Assembly: GCA_000828975.1 (NCBI GenBank)
Contig: AP014683.1
Coordinates: 355,520 to 387,519 of the forward strand
Source of the DNA: Burkholderiales bacterium GJ-E10
Lineage (GTDB): Bacteria; Pseudomonadota; Gammaproteobacteria; Burkholderiales; Burkholderiaceae_F
DNA: 32,000 bases
Reading direction: 5' to 3'
Below, in pieces: positions 25,809 to 32,000 of this stretch (positions are counted from its first letter, which is position 1; each line of letters begins with the position of its first letter). Below the pieces are notes generated by a model. The model was not told the DNA's origin. It did no database searches and worked only from the letters and a program-made list of their open reading frames with translations. A program made the translations under genes and the position numbers.

Positions 25809-28451
25809 TCATGAGTCGGCTCCTGCCGCAAGGGGCGCCGCAAACGGTTCGGAAGGGAACAAGATGAGCAGATTCTCCAGGGCGTTGTCCGCCGCCGCCA
25901 GCGTACGCCGGAATGCAAGGTACCGGCGACTCCCGATTTCGAGCCGGGTCGCCGTCGAATCCGGTTTGCGGAGGACTTCCGTGAGCGGGCCCGGCAACAT
26001 CGCCGCCGAACCGCCGATGACCGCCGGGATGGCCGGATCGAACCGCGCCGGATCCCCTTGCACGAATACGATCAAGCCCTCGGCATCCACTCCGATGATC
26101 ACCGCGGGAAGGCTGTCGAGGATCCGGCGCACGCCGTTGGCCGCGCGTGCCAGGACGCGTGCATGGTCGCTGTGGCGGGACACCGCCTCCTGCAGGCGTG
26201 CGTTCATCTGCTCGAGATCGGCCTTTGCCGCTTCGACTTCCCGCGCCAGGCGGCGGTTTTCGTCGGCCAATTCCTTTTTGCGGAACGCATCCGCGATCCG
26301 GTTGCGCAGTTTCTCGTCATCCCAGGGCTTGGTGAGGAACTGGTAGATCGCGCCTTCGTTGACGGCATCGATGATCGACTGCAGATCGGTGAATCCCGAC
26401 AGCACCATGCGAACGGTGTCGGGTACCAGCTCTTTGGCGCGGCGCAGGAATTCGACACCGGTCATGCCGGGCATGCGCTGGTCGGAGAGGATCACGTCGA
26501 CATGGGTTTCGGCGAGGAGCTTGAGCCCTTCGGCAGCGCTGTGGGCGAGGAGGATCCGATACCCTTCCCGGCGCAGGAGGCGGCGCAGCGAGGAAAGGAT
26601 GTTTTCCTCGTCGTCGACCAGCAGCAGAGTCCGCTGTGTTCCGGCGCCGCGCAGGAACTGCGCCGGCAGCCGTCGGTCCTCGCGCAGCATGGCCGTGATC
26701 TCGTCCGCCTCCACCGCTTTGCTGAAGTAGTGCCCCTGGACGAGATCGCACCCGTTGGTCGACAAGGTCTGGAGTTGATCCTCCGTCTCCACGCCTTCGG
26801 CGAGCACCCGAAGCTGGAGGCTGTGCGACATGGCGATGATGGCGCGGGTGACCGAGGCGGTTTCCGGCGATAGCAGCACGTCGGGGATGAGCGAGCGGTC
26901 GACCTTCACGACGTCGACGGGCAGTCGATGGAGCCGGCTGAGGCTTGCGTGGCCGGTGCCGAAATCGTCGAGCGCGATTTCGAACCCGATCGCCTTCAGG
27001 TCGCGCAGGACCGCGGCCGCCTGCTGCGCGTCGTCGAGGAGCGCCGTTTCGGGCACTTCCAGTCCCAGCCAGGACGGATCGCAGTGGCAGTCGAGCACGA
27101 TCCGCTGCACCCAGGCGGAAAAGTTCGGCTGCTGGAGATGGCCCCGGGACAGGTTGACCGTGATCCGCGGCGCGTGCAGGCCGGCGGCGCGCCACGCGAG
27201 CGCCTGCCGGCAGGCTTCCCGGAGCACCCAGCCGCTTACGGCGAGGATCATGTCGCTGCGTTCCGACAGGGGAATGAACTCGGCGGGCGGCACCTCGCCC
27301 AGCGCCGGGGAGCGCCAGCGCAGCAGGGCCTCGACGGACGCGATTTCCCCGTTCGTCAGGTTCATGACCGGCTGGTACGCAAGCGAGAGTTCACCGGCGG
27401 TGATCGCTCCGGGCAGCGCGGACTCGATTCGCAGGGAGCGGATGACGTCCGGGTCGGCCTCGCCCGCGAAGGCAATGGTTCCGGGGGCTGCGCCCGACGC
27501 GGTCGACTCGGCGCGATCGATGAGGTTGGCCGGGTCGTCGGCGTCGCCGGGGAATCCCGCAATGCCGATCGCGCATTGCGGGAATCGTTCCGACGCACCG
27601 ATCCGCGCCGGGCGGTTGACGGCGGCCCGCAACTGGCGCGCCCGGGCCACCAGCGTTTCCGGCGTCTGGCGTTGGCCCGGGTCGGGGAGCACGGCGAATC
27701 CGGCTTCGCCGATGCGTGCGAGGAGATCTCCGGGGCCGCACTGTTCCCCCAGCCGGGATGCGATCGTCATGGCGAGGCTGTTCGACGCGCCCGATCCGGC
27801 GGCGATTCCCAGGTCCGCCGCGATCGTCGGCACCTGGATGGCGATCAGCGCGAGCGGAATCGTGCCCGATGCGGGGGCTGCGCCCCGGCTTCGGAGCGCA
27901 GCGGTTTCCAGATCGACCTCCTCGCGCAGCGATGCGCGATTGGGCAGCCCGGTGACTTCATCGCGATCGGTGAGCTCCTTGATGCGCCGCTCCGCCTCGA
28001 CGTGCAGGGTGATGTCCTGGAGCAGGCCGACGCCATGGAGATCACCGCTGTCGAAGCGTTCGAGAATGCCGCGATGGCGGACGATCAGGGTCCTGCCGTC
28101 GCCGTGGACGGCGCGGTGGCGGAATTCGAAGGGTTGCCCGGGGGTCGCCATCCGCCAGAACGCCGTCACGTACGCCTGGTCGGAGGCGGGGATCCAGGGG
28201 CAGGTGTCGAGCGGGAAGCAGCAAGGGTCGGGCGACCCGCCGAGCATCGCGCTGAGCGCCGGCGATGCCGTGAGCGTACCGGCCGGAAACGCAACCTCGA
28301 ACAGGCCTACGCCGCCCAGGGACTCCAGCCAGGTGAGCTTGCGGGTGTTGTCCGCCTTTTGACGCGCGAACCGCTCGGGGTCGGGATGATCGCGCACCGT
28401 GGTCGGCTCCGTCGCCGCATCGGCGGAAGGACGGTTCGAGCAAGGCTGCAT
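25809..28451 (-). CDS. Multidomain c-di-GMP signalling protein: PAS, degenerate GGDEF, EAL, REC, coiled coil, C-terminal PAS-like
   Basis: 880 aa. The GGDEF-domain entry is TGLPNRASL, but the active-site motif reads GEAGF (27696-27710) instead of GG(D/E)EF. EAL motifs are EALLRW, DDFGTGHAS and AEGVET. An internal REC follows (LLLVDDEENIL...VILSDQRMPGMTG...FLTKPWDDEKL). The C-terminal segment is PAS-like (LDSLPAVIIGVDAEGLIVFVQG). Confidence 0.85.
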   Translation of the reverse strand: MQPCSNRPSADAATEPTTVRDHPDPERFARQKADNTRKLTWLESLGGVGLFEVAFPAGTLTASPALSAMLGGSPDPCCFPLDTCPWIPASDQAYVTAFWRMATPGQPFEFRHRAVHGDGRTLIVRHRGILERFDSGDLHGVGLLQDITLHVEAERRIKELTDRDEVTGLPNRASLREEVDLETAALRSRGAAPASGTIPLALIAIQVPTIAADLGIAAGSGASNSLAMTIASRLGEQCGPGDLLARIGEAGFAVLPDPGQRQTPETLVARARQLRAAVNRPARIGASERFPQCAIGIAGFPGDADDPANLIDRAESTASGAAPGTIAFAGEADPDVIRSLRIESALPGAITAGELSLAYQPVMNLTNGEIASVEALLRWRSPALGEVPPAEFIPLSERSDMILAVSGWVLREACRQALAWRAAGLHAPRITVNLSRGHLQQPNFSAWVQRIVLDCHCDPSWLGLEVPETALLDDAQQAAAVLRDLKAIGFEIALDDFGTGHASLSRLHRLPVDVVKVDRSLIPDVLLSPETASVTRAIIAMSHSLQLRVLAEGVETEDQLQTLSTNGCDLVQGHYFSKAVEADEITAMLREDRRLPAQFLRGAGTQRTLLLVDDEENILSSLRRLLRREGYRILLAHSAAEGLKLLAETHVDVILSDQRMPGMTGVEFLRRAKELVPDTVRMVLSGFTDLQSIIDAVNEGAIYQFLTKPWDDEKLRNRIADAFRKKELADENRRLAREVEAAKADLEQMNARLQEAVSRHSDHARVLARAANGVRRILDSLPAVIIGVDAEGLIVFVQGDPARFDPAIPAVIGGSAAMLPGPLTEVLRKPDSTATRLEIGSRRYLAFRRTLAAADNALENLLILFPSEPFAAPLAAGADS

Positions 28452-28660
28452 GGCGGATCTGCCGGTTCGATGCGCTCACGACCCCAACGGGTCCATGGTC
28501 CGGAACGGAACGTGTGGACCGCATCGCGTCTGGGCGGCCCGCACGGCTCACCCAGACTATGGGACGGGATCGCCGCTGCCGATCGGCAAATAAGATGCGG
28601 CGAACGCCGGATACTCGCCGGATCCAGACGATCCTCCGGGAAGCGGTTTCGCGATCCGGT

Positions 28661-31600
28661 TCAGGAGGACACCGGGTCTCCCCGCCCGGTGCGGAAACTC
28701 CGGGCGAGCGCCGCTCCCGTCGGACTGGACTGCGCGGCGATCGAACGCGGCGGCCCGCACGCCACGACGCGGCCTCCGGCGTCGCCGCCCTCCGGCCCCA
28801 GGTCGATGATCCAGTCGGCATGGGCGATCAGGTCCAGATTGTGTTCGACGACGATCACGCTGTTGCCGGCATCGACCAGCCGGTGCAGCGCCTGCAGCAG
28901 CAGGCGCACGTCGGCCATCGCTAGGCCGACGGTGGGTTCGTCGAGCACGTACAGCGTGTGGGACTGCGGGGCGGATCGCGCCTTGCGGTTCGATGCGCCG
29001 ATCTCGCCGCGGGCCTTGGCGAGTTCGGTGACGAGTTTGATCCGCTGCGCCTCGCCTCCGGACAGGGTGGGCGAGGGCTGGCCGAGCGTCAGGTATCCCA
29101 ACCCGACCTGCTGCAACAGGCGCAGGGGATGGGCGATCCGCGGCGTTGCGGCAAAGAACTCCACCGCCTCGTCGACTTCCATCGCCAGGACGTCGCCCAC
29201 GCTCCTGCCGCGCCACAGCACCTCCAGCGTAGCCGGTTCGAAGCGCTTGCCGCCGCAGCGTTCACAGAGAATCTTGACGTCCGGCAGGAAGCTCATCTCG
29301 ATCGTGCGTACGCCCTGGCCTTCGCATTCGGGGCAGCGGCCGCCCGTCGTGTTGAAGGAAAACCGACTCGCGGTGAAACCGCGCATGCGCGCTTCGGTGG
29401 TGTCGGCGAAGCGCTTGCGGATCTCGTCCCAGATGCCGACGTAGGTCGCCGCACAGGAGCGGGGCGTCTTGCCGATCGGGGTCTGGTCGACTTCGAGGAC
29501 GCGGGCGATGTGCTCGCGCCCGTCGATCGCCGTGCACCCGTGCATGGGAGGTCCTTCCCGCCGCAGGTTCGACAGCAGCACGTCCCGCGCCAGCGTCGAC
29601 TTGCCGCTTCCCGACACGCCCGTCACGACCACCAGACGCCCCAGGGGGATGTCGACATCCAGGCCCTGCAGGTTGTGCAGATGGGCGCCGCGCACGCGCA
29701 GCCGCATGGTGTCGGCGTCGACCGTGCGCACCTGATCCGGCGGCTGCATCGCACCGGGCCGCAGATGCGCGCCGGTGACCGACTCGGGACAGGCGATCAG
29801 ATCCTCGACGCGTCCTTGCGCGACGATCCGTCCGCCGCGCGAACCGGCGCCCGGCCCGACGTCGATGCAATGCTCGGCGGCGCGGATCGTTTCCTCGTCG
29901 TGCTCGACCACCACCAGCGTATTGCCGCGCGACTCGAGCTTGCGCAGTGCGCGCAGCAGGATATCGTTGTCGCGGGCGTGGAGGCCGATCGTGGGTTCGT
30001 CGAGCACGTAGCAGACGCCCTGCAGATTGGAGCCCAGTTGCGCGGCGAGGCGGATGCGTTGCGACTCGCCGCCCGAAAGCGTGGGCGCCGCCCGGTCCAG
30101 TGCCAGATACCCCAGACCGACCTCGAGCAGGAAGTCGAGCCGCGATCGGACCTCGGCGGTCGCGTCCCGGGCGATCTCCGCGGCGCGGCCATCGAGCACG
30201 AGCCCGCCGATCCATGTCCGCGCCTGCTCCACGGTCATGGCGCCGACATCGGCGATCGAGCGTCCGTCGAAGCGCACCGCGAGCGACGTGGGATTGAGCC
30301 GCTTGCCATGGCAGGCCGAACAGGGCGTCTCCTCGCCTTCGTACCACTCGTTCCACCAGACCTCTTCGCCGCTGTGCTCGGCGTCGAAGCCGGAGAGTTG
30401 CAGGCCGGTGCCGAAACAGCGTTCGCACCAGCCGTGCTTGGAGTTGTAGGAGAACATCCGCGGATCGGGTTCGGAAAACGACTTGCCGCAACCGGAACAC
30501 GCGCGCTTGGTCGAGAACGTGCGGTGCTCCAGAACGGCGTCCTGCGCGGTGCCGCCGGCGATGGCCTCGCGCAGTGCCGACATCGGCCAGCAGATTTCCA
30601 GCGCGCCGTTGCCGTGCTCCAGGGCCGTGTGCAGCAGGGCGCGCAGATCCGCTTCGCGCTCCGGCTGGACCAGGATGGTACCGACCGGCAGGTCGATCGA
30701 ATGCTCGCGAAACCGGTCCGGCCGCTCCCAGGGACGCGTCGGAACGAAGCGCCCGTCGAGGCGCAGATGGCTATGGCCCTTGCGCGCGGCCCATTGCGCA
30801 AGTTCGGTGTAGACCCCTTTGCGGTGGACGATCAGGGGGGCGAGCACGCCGATCTCGCGGCCGTGCCATTCCCGGGCGATCGTTGCCGTGATCGCATCGA
30901 AGGTCTGCGGCTCCACCGGCAGATTGCAGTCGGGGCAATACTGGGTGCCGAGCTTGACGTAGAGCAGGCGCAGGAAATGGTGCAGTTCGGTCTGCGTCGC
31001 GACCGTGCTCTTGCGCCCCCCGCGGCTGACGCGCTGCTCGATCGAGACCGTCGGGGCGATGCCGTGGATCGCGTCGACGTCCGGGCGCGCCGCCGGCTGG
31101 ACCATCGAGCGCGCGTACGCGTTGAGCGATTCGAGGTAGCGCCGCTGCCCTTCCTGGAACAGGATGTCGAAGGCGAGCGTGGACTTGCCGCTGCCGGAGA
31201 CGCCGGTGATGACGGTGAACGTGTCGCGGGGGATGGCGACGGTGGCGTTGCGGAGATTGTGCTCGCGGGCGCCGACGATCTCGATGGCCTCCCCTCCCGC
31301 GTACGAAATCCTCGCATCGGTACGCTGCACCCCCTCGCCCGCGTACGAAATCCCGGTGTCGGTACGCTGCACCCCCTCGCCCGCGTACGAAATCCCGGTG
31401 TCGGTACGCTGCACCCCCTCGCCCGCGTACGAAATCCCGGCGTCGGTATGCTGCACCCCCTCTCCCGCGTACGAAATCCCGGCGTCGGTATGCTGCACCC
31501 CCTCTCCCGCCTGCGGGAGAGGGCGGGGGTGAGGGTCGGCCCATTGCCGCATCGCCGCTTCATGCTCCCGCAGCGCGCGCCCGGTATGCGACGTCGGGTG

Positions 31601-31993
31601 CGCCGCAATCTCCGCCGGTGTTCCGGCGGCAACGATCTGCCCGCCCGCATCCCCGCCTTCCGGGCCGAGATCGATGACCCAGTCCGATGCGCGGATGACG
31701 TCGAGATTGTGCTCGATCACGATCAGCGAGTGCCCGGCCACCAGCAGCTTGCGCAGGGCGCGCATCAGTCGCGCGATGTCTTCGAAGTGCAGGCCGGTGG
31801 TGGGTTCGTCGAAAAGCAGGAGCGCGCCTTTGGCGGTGCCGCGCTGGCGTTCCGGACTGCTCTTGGCGGTCTCGGCGAGGAAGCCGGCGATCTTCAGGCG
31901 TTGCGCCTCGCCGCCCGAGAGCGTCGGTACGGGCTGGCCGAGGCGCAGATAGTCCAGGCCGACCTCGGCGAGGGGGGCGAGCGCCCGCAGCAC
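28661..31993 (-). CDS. Tandem-fused UvrA-like ABC ATPase (5'-partial; continues beyond the window end)
   Basis: The ORF is open to the window edge. The N-terminal in-window part is the end of one UvrA-like module ([44 protein letters not shown]). A repeat linker follows. Then comes a complete second module: [11 protein letters not shown], 2x [34 protein letters not shown], Zn-finger CxxC pairs and [11 protein letters not shown]. Confidence 0.85.
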   Translation of the reverse strand: MLRALAPLAEVGLDYLRLGQPVPTLSGGEAQRLKIAGFLAETAKSSPERQRGTAKGALLLFDEPTTGLHFEDIARLMRALRKLLVAGHSLIVIEHNLDVIRASDWVIDLGPEGGDAGGQIVAAGTPAEIAAHPTSHTGRALREHEAAMRQWADPHPRPLPQAGEGVQHTDAGISYAGEGVQHTDAGISYAGEGVQRTDTGISYAGEGVQRTDTGISYAGEGVQRTDARISYAGGEAIEIVGAREHNLRNATVAIPRDTFTVITGVSGSGKSTLAFDILFQEGQRRYLESLNAYARSMVQPAARPDVDAIHGIAPTVSIEQRVSRGGRKSTVATQTELHHFLRLLYVKLGTQYCPDCNLPVEPQTFDAITATIAREWHGREIGVLAPLIVHRKGVYTELAQWAARKGHSHLRLDGRFVPTRPWERPDRFREHSIDLPVGTILVQPEREADLRALLHTALEHGNGALEICWPMSALREAIAGGTAQDAVLEHRTFSTKRACSGCGKSFSEPDPRMFSYNSKHGWCERCFGTGLQLSGFDAEHSGEEVWWNEWYEGEETPCSACHGKRLNPTSLAVRFDGRSIADVGAMTVEQARTWIGGLVLDGRAAEIARDATAEVRSRLDFLLEVGLGYLALDRAAPTLSGGESQRIRLAAQLGSNLQGVCYVLDEPTIGLHARDNDILLRALRKLESRGNTLVVVEHDEETIRAAEHCIDVGPGAGSRGGRIVAQGRVEDLIACPESVTGAHLRPGAMQPPDQVRTVDADTMRLRVRGAHLHNLQGLDVDIPLGRLVVVTGVSGSGKSTLARDVLLSNLRREGPPMHGCTAIDGREHIARVLEVDQTPIGKTPRSCAATYVGIWDEIRKRFADTTEARMRGFTASRFSFNTTGGRCPECEGQGVRTIEMSFLPDVKILCERCGGKRFEPATLEVLWRGRSVGDVLAMEVDEAVEFFAATPRIAHPLRLLQQVGLGYLTLGQPSPTLSGGEAQRIKLVTELAKARGEIGASNRKARSAPQSHTLYVLDEPTVGLAMADVRLLLQALHRLVDAGNSVIVVEHNLDLIAHADWIIDLGPEGGDAGGRVVACGPPRSIAAQSSPTGAALARSFRTGRGDPVSS
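31296..31505. repeat. Five tandem copies of a 42-bp repeat, in frame inside the UvrA-like gene
   Basis: Units start at 31296, 31338, 31380, 31422 and 31464 (CCCGCGTACGAAATCCCGG(T/C)GTCGGTA(C/T)GCTGCACCCCCTC(G/T)). Copies 2 and 3 are identical to each other, as are copies 4 and 5; copy 1 is diverged. On the coding strand they translate to AGEGVQ(H/R)TD(A/T)GISY x5. Confidence 0.95.
31500..31523. repeat. REP-like perfect palindrome abutting the tandem array
   Basis: CCCTCTCCCGC-CT-GCGGGAGAGGG (11-bp arms) is followed by CGGGGGTGAGGG. The right arm motif is reiterated at the junction of every 42-bp unit. Confidence 0.8.
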
Positions 31994-32000
31994 GTCACGG

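Noticed and set aside
24757-25918. Long N-terminal extensions of the kinase ORF (to 25164) and of the HDOD ORF (to 25918).
   Set aside because: The extensions overlap the upstream genes in other frames and encode Pro/Arg/Gly-rich filler. The internal starts MDSDDS (24756) and MMARID (25639) give proteins that begin just before recognisable domains. Start positions remain somewhat uncertain.
26928-29444. 838-aa plus-strand ORF, plus a 510-aa ORF at 26830-28362.
   Set aside because: They are antisense to the EAL/REC protein and run through an intergenic region into the UvrA-like gene. No motifs are present.
31296-31505. Regular 42-bp periodicity considered as a possible CRISPR array.
   Set aside because: The units are directly contiguous with no unique spacers. 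The array lies inside a continuous coding frame and no cas genes are present. It is a tandem minisatellite, not a CRISPR array.
29262-31650. Alternative-frame minus-strand ORFs (412, 257 and 272 aa) within the UvrA-like gene, including repeat-derived [14 protein letters not shown] translations.
   Set aside because: These are the same strand but off-frame relative to a frame carrying Walker A/B, ABC signature and Zn-finger motifs throughout.

Overview
GC-rich chromosomal window that looks betaproteobacterial from its 16S/23S sequence; I cannot name a genus without a database search. Contents from left to right follow. (1) A HEAT-repeat protein gene is translationally coupled to a processive family-2 glycosyltransferase (PgaC/IcaA/cellulose-synthase-like, QxxRW motif). 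That GT2 gene is split by a 3595-bp transposon with TGT...ACA ends, imperfect terminal inverted repeats and a 5-bp target-site duplication (CCTGG). The transposon carries four co-oriented, overlapping genes: Cys-rich ORF, DDE transposase, ExeA/GspA-like AAA+ ATPase and a small acidic ORF. Removing the element plus one duplicate restores an intact 468-codon GT2 frame. (2) An M61 glycyl-aminopeptidase with a PDZ domain lies divergent from a PAS-GAF-GGDEF-EAL protein. (3) A complete rrn operon follows: 16S, tRNA-Ile(GAU), tRNA-Ala(UGC), 23S and 5S, with a consensus-like promoter, two boxA elements, processing stems and an intrinsic terminator. (4) Next is the DEAD-box helicase gene rhlE. (5) The most interesting region is a signalling island at 18.2-28.5 kb. 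One operon encodes an MglA-type Ras-like GTPase, a soluble histidine kinase and a receiver-fused PilB/GspE-type secretion ATPase; no MglB and no pilus or secretion machinery is present in the window. It faces a convergent operon encoding PAS-GGDEF(degenerate)-EAL-REC-PAS, an HDOD protein, a sensor-less histidine kinase and a REC-HD-GYP protein. The two kinases and three receiver domains are clear paralogues, which suggests one branched phosphorelay linking a small GTPase, c-di-GMP turnover and a pilus/secretion-type motor. (6) Last is the 3' part of a tandem-fused (double) UvrA-like gene. The linker between its two UvrA modules contains five in-frame copies of a 42-bp repeat seeded next to a REP-like palindrome. 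I saw no CRISPR array, prophage or recognisable defence genes. Many long ORFs in the six-frame track are antisense or off-frame artefacts of high GC content and were rejected.
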